Shown here piece after piece: positions 20,568 to 29,629 of a DNA stretch of 64,000 bases. Origin of the DNA: Candidatus Obscuribacterales bacterium (lineage in GTDB: Bacteria > Cyanobacteriota > Vampirovibrionia > Obscuribacterales > Obscuribacteraceae); the NCBI GenBank assembly GCA_965228855.1, contig CBDDIJ010000002.1, forward strand, positions 1,792,001 through 1,856,000, read 5' to 3'. Each line of letters opens with the position of its first letter. Positions within the stretch are counted from its first letter, which is position 1. The notes below the pieces were generated by a model, which worked only from the letters and a program-made list of their open reading frames with translations, did not search any database and had not been told where the DNA came from. The position numbers and the translations under genes were made by a program.

Positions 20568-21827
20568 CTATATGTCACTGCGTTTGTGTCCCGAATGAAC
20601 CCATTGTTTTATATAGTGTTCAACTGCCGGTTTGTTTCTTTGGAAGTTTGAAGCGTACGAATTGTAGAAGCTTGCGTAGTGCTCACCATAAGGTTTTGCG
20701 TTTTTACTTGCAGGTTTAGCAGTTCGCAGAAACTCAAGCAATCCTTGTTCGCCATTTTGGATTGCATACTGTCGGGTTTCAATAAAATCTCTTTGCCCGT
20801 TATCGGCTCGGTAGTAGAAAAATTTGGCGGGTTCGCCGTTCTTGTACAGTTCTTGCTGCACTTTGGCTTCTGTTAACATCGAAGCTGCTTCGCCTCGCAT
20901 GAAGATGTCTTCAAATTCTTTAGGGCTTACGATTCCATGATCGTAGAGTTTCGACAAGAACTGGTGAGTTGCATGAAACCCCTCATGGGCGAAGTTTTCC
21001 GTTTGCTTTTTCGCCGAATCTTGCGGTCTGATTATTATCGTGCTTGCCAGCTCATCATATTCAGTATTATCTGCTCGCGAGTCGAATTTGATGTGTATTT
21101 TGTCCGCCCATGGACAGTCGTTTAATCTGTCGACGACCTCCTCTAGAGTTTTGGATTTGCCAGGATTGCCATCTTTCAAAGTCTTCGAACGTTCATAAGC
21201 ATCTATGAATGGTGTTTTGTAGTATTCCAAGACTTGCTTCAGAGGCAGATTGTCGCCGTCTTTCGGAACCAAATTGTTCAGCTCGGTTCTATTTAGATAG
21301 TCATCGCGCAGTGCTAACTTCTCTGTTGATCGCGTGTTGAAATCGCCGCGAACTTCATCAGGTTGTTGTGTTGTTTCGATAATCGGAGCGCTCGGTGTTG
21401 TGTTTGATGCGGCGAGAATTTGTTCTTTGGAATTCTCCGATTTCTGAGCGGCAGCCAGAGCCTCTCTCGCCTTACGCTCGATGTACTCAATGGAAAAAAT
21501 TCCTTGCGCCTGCTCATCAGAGCCGATTGCCTTGAGCCCTTCTACAAAGGAAGGATTTGGATCGATCGAGATTTTCTGGGAGCGCTCCCTCGGTCTTTCC
21601 TGTTTTTTGCCTTTGTCGAGAGCCGTTAAGTCACCTTCGATGCTGAAGCTCTCGTGAAGTGCGGGCATAATTTCCGATGGATGTTTATCGTCCTTATGAG
21701 TCGCCGCAAAGGCTTTGTCGTGCACCTTCTGGTTCGGCTTGCTGGAGATAACGCTGTCCTGTTTTGTTGCGTCGGACGGCGGTTGGATTTTTGGCGCTTC
21801 TAACTTTTGCTCTGTTTCGTCAGTCAT
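20568..21827 (-). CDS. Putative toxin with C-terminal HExxH zinc metallopeptidase
   Basis: FAHEGFHATHQ followed by GEAAS; low-complexity N-terminus without signal peptide. Confidence 0.65.
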   Translation of the reverse strand: MTDETEQKLEAPKIQPPSDATKQDSVISSKPNQKVHDKAFAATHKDDKHPSEIMPALHESFSIEGDLTALDKGKKQERPRERSQKISIDPNPSFVEGLKAIGSDEQAQGIFSIEYIERKAREALAAAQKSENSKEQILAASNTTPSAPIIETTQQPDEVRGDFNTRSTEKLALRDDYLNRTELNNLVPKDGDNLPLKQVLEYYKTPFIDAYERSKTLKDGNPGKSKTLEEVVDRLNDCPWADKIHIKFDSRADNTEYDELASTIIIRPQDSAKKQTENFAHEGFHATHQFLSKLYDHGIVSPKEFEDIFMRGEAASMLTEAKVQQELYKNGEPAKFFYYRADNGQRDFIETRQYAIQNGEQGLLEFLRTAKPASKNAKPYGEHYASFYNSYASNFQRNKPAVEHYIKQWVHSGHKRSDI

Positions 21828-22009
21828 AACAGGCGCTCGCCGGAATTCCTGTCCATTATAAGCGACAGGCAAAGGTGATCAGTCGCCGTAGCGGCAAGGA
21901 ACAGTAGGGGTGGACTTTCAGGATACGAAAAAAGGGCAAACGCAGCTTAGGACATTTGCTTCCCTCGAATCTATCATCTCTAAGACCAGAGGTATCCGTT
22001 GGTTTCCCC

Positions 22010-22131
22010 TGGACGGCGCCTTCGCGGACCTGGGTTATAGAGTTGAGAACGCGGTCTCCGAGCCCATTCCATGCATCACAATCTATCAACAGAGTTTTGT
22101 TTTCTTCAGAATTGGCGGAGAGCTCTTTAAT
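22010..22131 (-). pseudogene. ssb: Internal relic of an ssb gene homologous to 35722-36078
   Basis: IKELSANSEENKTLLIDCDAWNGLGDRVLNSIT vs VKEFSSNTDEDKTMWIDIDAWNGLGERVLKSIT. Confidence 0.85.
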
Positions 22132-22172
22132 TCCTGGAGAGGCGCTTAGGTTGTTCAAAAACACCAACAATG

Positions 22173-22203
22173 AAAAAATCGGCTTGCCTCAACAGGCTGC
22201 CGA
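22173..22203 (-). terminator. Hairpin plus U-tract just beyond the att copy (tRNA terminator of the pre-insertion site)
   Basis: AAAAAA-TCGGC..GCCT-caac-AGGC.GCCGA. Confidence 0.5.
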
Positions 22204-22214
22204 CTCTTCAACGG

Positions 22215-22264
22215 AATTGGTTGCGGGGGTAAGATTTGAACTTACGACCTTTGGGTTATGAGCC
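22215..22264 (-). repeat. att site: duplicated 3' part of tRNA-Met
   Basis: Identical to 53718-53767 (AATTGGTTGCGGGGGTAAG...TTATGAGCC). Confidence 0.95.
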
Positions 22265-22390
22265 AAAATTTGATGACTTTGACTGGAGTTCCGAACTCAT
22301 AACGAAACCCTCCGACTCTGCGCCCCATTGGGGCTTTCGGGATTTAATCTGGTTGACCGGATTTGACCACTCCGGCCGATTTATAATGGA

Positions 22391-22415
22391 TTTGCATTAG
22401 GCATTGCATTAGGCG
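22391..22415. repeat. Putative integrase arm-type sites (tandem TTGCATTAGGC)
   Basis: 25-bp TTTGCATTAGGCATTGCATTAGGCG identical at 53625-53649. Confidence 0.8.
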
Positions 22416-22435
22416 TTTGGTTTTGGGTAGGAACG

Positions 22436-23782
22436 ATGGCAGAAAGCGAAAAAACGGGCAAGAAGTTCACAGCGAAGGCAATTCGGGCATTTGAGTGCCC
22501 CGCCCATTTGAAGCAGCATTACTTTTTCGTGCTTCCCGACGTTCATCTTTACGTTTCCGTCGGGAGGGGCGGGAAAAAGGCGTTCTGTTTCCGTATATAT
22601 GAATCAAAAGAGCGCCGTTGGCGCACCCTGGATTTGAATTGTAAGTTCGAAGATAAACTCCCGGACGCGCTATTACGGGACGTCATGCTCGAAGCGCAAT
22701 CAAGAGCGGCTGAACTTACCGCACGTCTAAATCGCGGTGAAAACGTTTTTGATCAGACACGCAAAGAATCCCCGGTTAGCCTTCAGGAGCTGTTCGATCA
22801 TTATAAGGAGCACCACCTTGAGAAAAGAGGAAAGCGCGTTCTAGACAACGAGAATAACTTCAAACGTTGGTTCGCCAAGAAGAATCTGGCCAAGAAAAAA
22901 GCGAATGAGTTTTCCCACGAGGACGCAGCGCGACTTCACTCGTCAATGGAGGAAACGCCGGGTAGTGCAAACCGCGCTGTGCAGCTTGGTCGCGCGATGT
23001 ACAACTTTGGCATCAAAACTCATTTTATTTCGCGTACAGATAATCCTTTTGCCGGAGTCTCGTTGTACCGGGAGAACGAGCGAGACAGAGTGCTGTCAGA
23101 CGAAGAGGCGGCTAAACTTTTGAACGAGCTTGAAGCTATACCCGCGATTCATTCGAGAGAACGGACATTACGCGACTTCATTCTGCTCTCCCTTTTGACA
23201 GGCGCGCGTAAGTCAAATGTAATGACAATGCGCTGGGAGGAAGTCGATCTAAAGAACGCTACCTGGAGCATCCCAGCAGAGAAAACGAAAACTCTGCGCG
23301 CACAAATAATTCCGCTCGGTGAGACTGAGAACGAGGTGCTCACCGACCGTAAAAGGCTGCTCAAAAATTCTGCGGAGATTGAGCGCGATTGCCCCTGGGT
23401 CTTCCCGGGAAAAGGAGCCGCCGGACATATGGTTGATCCAGGCAACGCCTGGGAATCACTTCGCAAAAGGCTTGGGATGAGCGACCTCTGGATTCACGAT
23501 TTGCGCAGAAGCTTGGCATCGTCAATGGCCAATACAGGCGCAGACGTTTCGGTTGTCAGGGCTGCCCTCAACCACACCGACACACGAACCACGCTAAAGG
23601 CATACATTCGTACGAGCCAGCAAGTACAACTGGAAGCAAGGCAGAGGGCGCAAGGGGCTTGGTTTGAGGCTGCGAAGCGCCAAAAAGAGGCTCCCGAGGA
23701 TTCAGCCTCGGAAGAATCTAGAAACAAGCCTGCACAACGCAAGCCGAAGTCAAAACGCAACCCCGTCAAGCAAAAGTCCTAA
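22436..23782 (+). CDS. int: Tyrosine recombinase/integrase
   Basis: TGARKSN (R), HDLRR (HxxR), LNH, AY catalytic residues; N-terminal arm-binding region; next to att. Confidence 0.95.
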   Translation: MAESEKTGKKFTAKAIRAFECPAHLKQHYFFVLPDVHLYVSVGRGGKKAFCFRIYESKERRWRTLDLNCKFEDKLPDALLRDVMLEAQSRAAELTARLNRGENVFDQTRKESPVSLQELFDHYKEHHLEKRGKRVLDNENNFKRWFAKKNLAKKKANEFSHEDAARLHSSMEETPGSANRAVQLGRAMYNFGIKTHFISRTDNPFAGVSLYRENERDRVLSDEEAAKLLNELEAIPAIHSRERTLRDFILLSLLTGARKSNVMTMRWEEVDLKNATWSIPAEKTKTLRAQIIPLGETENEVLTDRKRLLKNSAEIERDCPWVFPGKGAAGHMVDPGNAWESLRKRLGMSDLWIHDLRRSLASSMANTGADVSVVRAALNHTDTRTTLKAYIRTSQQVQLEARQRAQGAWFEAAKRQKEAPEDSASEESRNKPAQRKPKSKRNPVKQKS

Positions 23783-23947
23783 GCCTTAGGTCTCAGATAA
23801 GCTAAAAGCTACTTACCAAACCCGCTAGGGCTCATCAGATGAGACTTCCGGGGATAACCTACCTCTGCCACAACAGGAGCGACCCGTTCCTATATAATAA
23901 GTTTGCCCCGCATGAAAAATGGTTTGGGCTAAACCAAAAATAGTTAG

Positions 23948-23976
23948 TTGCAAACTAAATTGCTTTGGTGTATAAC
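23948..23976 (+). promoter_or_regulatory. Sigma70-like promoter for the R-M operon
   Basis: TTGCAA-17 nt-TATAAC; small palindrome TGGTTTG..TAAACCA just upstream. Confidence 0.55.
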
Positions 23977-24007
23977 TAAAGCATCGGGTTATGCAAGGAA
24001 CGCCATC

Positions 24008-24277
24008 GTGAGCAAATCAACAAAGCACATGCAAGGACGGATGTCTCAAAGAGCTATCAAATCAGAGCTGGTTCAACTGACCCAACAGTACGGGCATCAG
24101 GACGGGGACAAAGTTGTCCTCACGAAGAAGTCCCTAATCATGCTCCAAAGCGAGCTGGACGCTCTGAAAAAGACCGTTCAAGAAGCATTGAAAAAGGGCG
24201 GAGTTGTAGTGGTGGAGTCTGGTGACACCATGATTACAACTTACCGGCTCGACAGCTACAAGCGGATGGCCAGCTAA
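24008..24277 (+). CDS. DUF4258-like small protein
   Basis: TKHMQGRMSQRAI...YG and ...MITTY pattern; TAATG overlap with the next gene. Confidence 0.6.
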   Translation: MSKSTKHMQGRMSQRAIKSELVQLTQQYGHQDGDKVVLTKKSLIMLQSELDALKKTVQEALKKGGVVVVESGDTMITTYRLDSYKRMAS

Positions 24278-26151
24278 TGCAACTTGAACAACAGTTTTTA
24301 GACATCGGCACAATAAAGCAAGAGGCAATCATCAACCAGCTTCTGAACAGCTTGGGCCGCGAGCTTGCTGCTCATGATTCGGTAAGTGCACTTTGTCTTC
24401 TACTAAGCTGGGCCAAGTTAAGTGCCGACAGATTTTTGACTGGCGACTTGAACTTGACCACGATCATCAATAGCCCAAAACCGCCTTCTCGTGAGGATCT
24501 GCAAAGACTTCTTGGAAAGATTGCGTCGAAGCTTGAAGATCAGAACCCGAATATATTTATCACCGAAAGTTGGATTGCTGGCAGAGTGCATCCACAAACT
24601 TTTTGGAATACATTGCATCTAATTGCAGACTTGGCCTTGATTGACGAAAGCACCGATTTCGAGACATTTTTTTTCGCCCTCATCAAAGTGCTGCAGGCTA
24701 ACAGCACTAAAGAGATGGGAGAAAGTCTAATACCACTTGAACTCGCGGACCTGCTGGTCCGACTCTCCGTCGGCACTGGAACTAAATCGCTCTATTGCAC
24801 GCACAGCGCAGCTGGCACGCCTGCCATCTTGGCCGCGAAAAACAAAATTTCCGTGCACGGAGAACAGCGGCGTGCCGATGTGCTGCTGCTGACCGCAAAC
24901 ATTCTCTGTAGCAGCAAGATTCAGATTCGTGTATCAGACCCCCTGCATTCCCCGAGCTGGGTTATGGGTGGAGAACTTATTGAGTTTGACGCTGCCATCT
25001 CGTGTCCACCCTTCGGCGTTCGATACGATCTCAACGTTGAGACTGATCAGTTCGTTCGATTTCCCGAGAAGTCTCTGACCTCCGAAGTGCTAGAAATCAG
25101 ACACTGCCTCGCACAAAGCAAGTCGACAGTGGCGGCATTAGTTCCTATGGCTTTGCTGATGCGCACCGCAGGTGGTGAGCGCGATTTTCGAAGAAGCATA
25201 ATAGATTCTGGTCTTCTACGAGCAGTGATAAGCCTGCCGCCGGGCGTTTTGCTTAACACTAACATTCCAACTGCCATTATCTTGTTAGACAAAACGAAAA
25301 GTGCCGAGCCAATTCTGTTCGTTGATTTAACAGGGCTAGATCGATTTATCGTTTCGAGCAAACGCGGAAGTCGAGCCTGGCTAAAGAACGTCGACCAACT
25401 GGCAGATGAAGTTTTGGGCAATACCGAAAGTGTTTACGCTCGCCTGGTAGATGGCAGCGGAGAAACAATCGCTGCTAACGAATATAGCCTCGATCCGGGC
25501 CGCTACGTTCTTTCGGAAGACGAACAGCGTTTTACGGAGTACATGGCAAAACAGAAAACAGTGCCGTTAAAGTCCCTGTGCGACATAATCCGTTGCCAGC
25601 TTGTCGAAGATCCGAAGCGCAAGGCTGCCAGACAATTTCGTGAGGTTACCGTCAGCGACATTGAACAATCAGGCTTGCTCCGAACGCCATACAAAATTGT
25701 ATCGGCAAGCGATGTTACCGAAAAGTTCGCCGCGAAGCAGCGCCTCTTCCCTGGCGATGTTCTTTTGTCTGTCAAAGGGAGTGTGGGGCAAGTGGCGTAC
25801 GTAACTCAGGAAGTTGGCCCTGACTGGATTGCCAGCCAAAACTTTGTAATTTTGAGAGTTGACAATGGTCCTATCAGCCCGGAGGTCTTGTTCCGGTATT
25901 TGCGTTCTGAAATAGGAAAACGCTTGCTTAAAATGTCCGCAGGCGGTTCCACCATCCCGCTCCTGAGCACAAAGGCGGTTGAGCACCTCGAAGTGATAGT
26001 ACCATCACGGCAAGAACAAGCCGCGGTCGAAGCAATGCACGAGAACGCGCTGCGAATACATACAGAGATTGGTCAACTTTTACAGGAAGTATCAGAACTG
26101 GAAGGCTCAAAGTGGAGTTTGTCGGAAGTTTCAGGAGGTGGCCATGAATAG
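24277..26151 (+). CDS. Degenerate N6-methyltransferase (HsdM-like) fused to a single HsdS-type TRD
   Basis: MTase scaffold (GE...P.EL, AVISLPPG, YSLDPGRY) but motif I reads YCTHSAAG and motif IV SCPPF; C-terminal PGDVLLSVKGSVG...YLRS...GGSTIP. Confidence 0.8.
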   Translation: MQLEQQFLDIGTIKQEAIINQLLNSLGRELAAHDSVSALCLLLSWAKLSADRFLTGDLNLTTIINSPKPPSREDLQRLLGKIASKLEDQNPNIFITESWIAGRVHPQTFWNTLHLIADLALIDESTDFETFFFALIKVLQANSTKEMGESLIPLELADLLVRLSVGTGTKSLYCTHSAAGTPAILAAKNKISVHGEQRRADVLLLTANILCSSKIQIRVSDPLHSPSWVMGGELIEFDAAISCPPFGVRYDLNVETDQFVRFPEKSLTSEVLEIRHCLAQSKSTVAALVPMALLMRTAGGERDFRRSIIDSGLLRAVISLPPGVLLNTNIPTAIILLDKTKSAEPILFVDLTGLDRFIVSSKRGSRAWLKNVDQLADEVLGNTESVYARLVDGSGETIAANEYSLDPGRYVLSEDEQRFTEYMAKQKTVPLKSLCDIIRCQLVEDPKRKAARQFREVTVSDIEQSGLLRTPYKIVSASDVTEKFAAKQRLFPGDVLLSVKGSVGQVAYVTQEVGPDWIASQNFVILRVDNGPISPEVLFRYLRSEIGKRLLKMSAGGSTIPLLSTKAVEHLEVIVPSRQEQAAVEAMHENALRIHTEIGQLLQEVSELEGSKWSLSEVSGGGHE

Positions 26152-26217
26152 CGCGGACCACCGTCACGGGTATACCTTATCTGAGGCCACTTTTGTATCG
26201 CCCGCAGGAGGCTCAAA

Positions 26218-29200
26218 GTGACAACGGATCAAACGACAAGCACGACTACAAGTAATTTCGCCTTCCTCGAAAGCAAATGGCCTGACCTAGCCAGCCTGGC
26301 GAAGTTCGCCGAGGAATACGCACACACTGATCCGGCATCGAGCCAGGTAAAAGTTCGCATTTTTGCAGAACGCATTGTGGATATTTTGTACTACGAGCTT
26401 GGCTTGAGAAAGCCGATAGACGCCAACTTCCGCGATTTGCTGGATACAGCAGATTTTAAGCGCGCCATGCCCAGACAAATTATCGACTTCTTGCATTACG
26501 TCAGAAAAGAAGGCAATAAGGGCGCACATGAAGCTAAAGGCGCTGCATCAACGCAAGCCTGCTTGCGGCTTTTGGAAAATGTGCACAAGCTTTCGGTTTG
26601 GTTTTATGCCACTGTCACAAAACAGAAAGTCAGTTTGCCTCCATACCAGGCAATACAAAAACCCAAGTCAGCAGCCGATTTGCAGGCAGAACTGAAAGCG
26701 CGCGAGAAGAGAATAAAAGAACTTGAGGAGCTGCAAGAGAAGCAGCGGAGCGAGCATCCTAAAGCACCAGCAACGGAAGAGTCTCTGAAGAAGACACTTG
26801 CTCAATCAACAGCCGAAGCAGATACGCTCGGACTGACAGAAGCCGAGACGCGCAAGCAATTGATCGACAGCCTGCTCGTCGATGCTGGTTGGACGCTGCT
26901 CGACAAGGTTTCGGATTACGATCCAATATCGGGCAAACCTCAGTGCATCCGCGAGTATCCGGTAAAGCATCAGCCTACGCCGTCGGGTGATGGTTCCGTC
27001 GATTACGTGTTAATGGGCGCTGATGGCAAGCCTATCGGCGTTATCGAAGCGAAGAGAACCGCTCACGATCCAGCAAAAGGCAAAACAAAAGCCGAAGAAT
27101 ACGCCAATGGAATCGAGAAAATGACTGGGCAGCGCCCGTTCATCTATTACACCAACGGCCATGAAATCCATTTCTGGGACGACCATCCGGTTGTTGGATA
27201 CCCACCCCGAAGAGTCTGGGGCTTCCACGACCTGGAGAAGCTTCAGTATTTGCTGTTTCAGCGCAAGAACAGACAGAAGCTCTCGACTATCAAGCTGAAG
27301 ACATCCATTGCCGAGCGGGATTATCAACTTGAGTGCATACGCCGCGTGTATGAGTGCTTTGAAGATCGCAACCATCGCAAAGCTTTGATTGTGATGGCCA
27401 CAGGCACCGGCAAAACAAGAACAGCCATGTCGCTGATCGACGGACTAATGCGCGCCAACTGGGTGAAGCGAGTCCTGTTCCTTGTAGACCGTGTTGAGTT
27501 GCAAAATCAGGCGGAAGAAGAAGGATTCAAGGAGCACTTGCCAGACTTGTCCATTGTGAAAGTTAGCAGTGCCACTAAAAAAGATAAAGATTCGCGGGTG
27601 TACTTAGCCACTTACAACGCGATGATGAATGCCTATAGTCAGTTCAACATAGGCTTTTTCGATTTGATTGTTGCTGACGAATCACACCGCACGATCTACA
27701 AGTACTACCGCGAAATCTTTCAGTACTTTGATGCTTTTCAGATCGGTCTGACGGCAACGCCGGTGGATTACGTAACACGAAACACATACCGCTTCTTCGA
27801 GTGCGAGGATCGTGACCCGACGTTCTATTTCTCACTTACAGAAGCTATTGAACACAAGCCACCATATTTGGTGAACTACGAAGTCGATAATAAGACCTCG
27901 CAGTTCCTTCAGAGCGGCATTCGTTACGACGATCTAACCGAAGAACAGCGCGCACAGCTCGAAGAGCAAGACGAGGATGCGCAAAGCTTCGACTACAGTC
28001 GAGACGAAGTAGACAGTCTGATCATGAATAAAGAAACGAATCGCATGATCATCCGCAACCTCATGGAAAACGGCATACGGAATGCCGATGGTACACGGCC
28101 AGGCAAGACTATTATCTTCGCCCGCAAACACGATCATGGAAAGCTCCTTGAGGAGGAATTCAACGACATGTACCCGCAGTATCGGGGTAAAGTCGCAAAG
28201 TTGATCGACTATATGGATGATCGCAAAGAGGAGCTGATAAAGGGCTTCAAGGGCAAAAAGAAAGAGTTCAAGGATCTCGATATTGCGATATCCGTGGACA
28301 TGCTTGACACAGGCATCGACGTGCCAGAGGTAGTAAACCTGGTGTTTGCCAAACCTGTTTACTCAAAGATCAAATTCTGGCAGATGATTGGCCGCGGCAC
28401 GCGTCTGCGCAAGGAGTTATTCGGTCCAGGAAAAGACAAAACTCATTTCCTTATCTTCGATCCCTGGAGAAACTTCGAATTCTTCGGCGTCAACCCAGAA
28501 GGTATCGTACGTGACAGTGAAAGCCGTTCTGTGCCTGAACGCCTCTTCTCAGTGCGCCTAGAGCTGCTTCAAGCTATCGAGCAATCCAATGCATCGAGCA
28601 CCCAAGTAAGTCCATTCACGACGCCCCTGGTCGATCTCATCCGGCAAGATGTAAGAGCTTTGCCGAGGGATTCCGTCAGCGTTCGGGAGCGGTGGCAGGA
28701 CATGGAGCGCGTCGGTAAAGACAAATTCTGGAACGAGCGGAATGATGATTTCTACACCGTCCTCGAAAACAATGTGCGCCCACTGATGCGTTGGCGAGAT
28801 ATCCAGGGTGAGGCGGATGCTATGGCATTCGACATCAAGGTCACGCGCTTGCAGTTGTGCCTCATTGAAGGCGATACAGACGGTTTCGCAAAAGCCCAGG
28901 ATAAGGTTCTGGAAGACATCGAGCGCCTGCGCACGAACTTGAACCAGGTCAAACAAGAGCTGGACCTGATCGAGGCTGTGCAAAAAGCAAGCTGGTGGCG
29001 TGACGTCACAGTCGAAAAGCTCGAAGAGATGCGGCTTCGGCTGCGCGGGCTGATGAAGTATCGGTCGGTTAACCGCGTGCGCTCAAAAGCGATCGATATT
29101 ATTGATTACGCGGTGCCTGGTACTGCAAGCCCGCGAGTTGCAGAACAAGGGCTTGAGGCATATCGCGTCCGCGTGGTCCAGGTCCTTCATGATCTGACCG

Positions 29201-29619
29201 CAACCAATTTGACCTTGCAGAAAATTCGCCGGAAGCTGGCTGTAACCGAGGCGGACCTGGTCGCCCTCCAGTCCCTCATTCTTGAGCGCGTTCCAGGCTT
29301 GAAGCAAGATGAGCTTGAAAAGCTGTTTCCAACGGAAGCAAGTTCGCTCGACAGGTTGATTCGTTCCATTGTTGGCATGGATGAACTAACTGTGCGAGTC
29401 GCTTTCGAACGTTTTAGAACTGCGCATTCGAACTTGAAGGCGAACCAGCTTCAATTCTTGTCGCTTGTGGAGCAGGAAATCATAAAGAGCGGAGGACTTG
29501 AAGTTGCTCGCCTATACGAGCAGCCTTTTACAAGCATCCACACCTTGGGTCTGGAAGGTGTATTCAAACAACAGGAAGCTGACGAACTGGTCGCACTCAT
29601 TGATGAATTAGTTGGATAG
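26218..29619 (+). CDS. hsdR: Type I restriction enzyme R subunit
   Basis: VDYVL...IEAK nuclease, MATGTGKT, DESH, QMIGRGTR. Confidence 0.95.
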   Translation: MTTDQTTSTTTSNFAFLESKWPDLASLAKFAEEYAHTDPASSQVKVRIFAERIVDILYYELGLRKPIDANFRDLLDTADFKRAMPRQIIDFLHYVRKEGNKGAHEAKGAASTQACLRLLENVHKLSVWFYATVTKQKVSLPPYQAIQKPKSAADLQAELKAREKRIKELEELQEKQRSEHPKAPATEESLKKTLAQSTAEADTLGLTEAETRKQLIDSLLVDAGWTLLDKVSDYDPISGKPQCIREYPVKHQPTPSGDGSVDYVLMGADGKPIGVIEAKRTAHDPAKGKTKAEEYANGIEKMTGQRPFIYYTNGHEIHFWDDHPVVGYPPRRVWGFHDLEKLQYLLFQRKNRQKLSTIKLKTSIAERDYQLECIRRVYECFEDRNHRKALIVMATGTGKTRTAMSLIDGLMRANWVKRVLFLVDRVELQNQAEEEGFKEHLPDLSIVKVSSATKKDKDSRVYLATYNAMMNAYSQFNIGFFDLIVADESHRTIYKYYREIFQYFDAFQIGLTATPVDYVTRNTYRFFECEDRDPTFYFSLTEAIEHKPPYLVNYEVDNKTSQFLQSGIRYDDLTEEQRAQLEEQDEDAQSFDYSRDEVDSLIMNKETNRMIIRNLMENGIRNADGTRPGKTIIFARKHDHGKLLEEEFNDMYPQYRGKVAKLIDYMDDRKEELIKGFKGKKKEFKDLDIAISVDMLDTGIDVPEVVNLVFAKPVYSKIKFWQMIGRGTRLRKELFGPGKDKTHFLIFDPWRNFEFFGVNPEGIVRDSESRSVPERLFSVRLELLQAIEQSNASSTQVSPFTTPLVDLIRQDVRALPRDSVSVRERWQDMERVGKDKFWNERNDDFYTVLENNVRPLMRWRDIQGEADAMAFDIKVTRLQLCLIEGDTDGFAKAQDKVLEDIERLRTNLNQVKQELDLIEAVQKASWWRDVTVEKLEEMRLRLRGLMKYRSVNRVRSKAIDIIDYAVPGTASPRVAEQGLEAYRVRVVQVLHDLTATNLTLQKIRRKLAVTEADLVALQSLILERVPGLKQDELEKLFPTEASSLDRLIRSIVGMDELTVRVAFERFRTAHSNLKANQLQFLSLVEQEIIKSGGLEVARLYEQPFTSIHTLGLEGVFKQQEADELVALIDELVG

Positions 29620-29629
29620 AGGAGGAAAA

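Noticed and set aside
22218..22264. Second tRNA-Met gene
   Set aside because: Only the 3' 47 nt; it is the att duplication.
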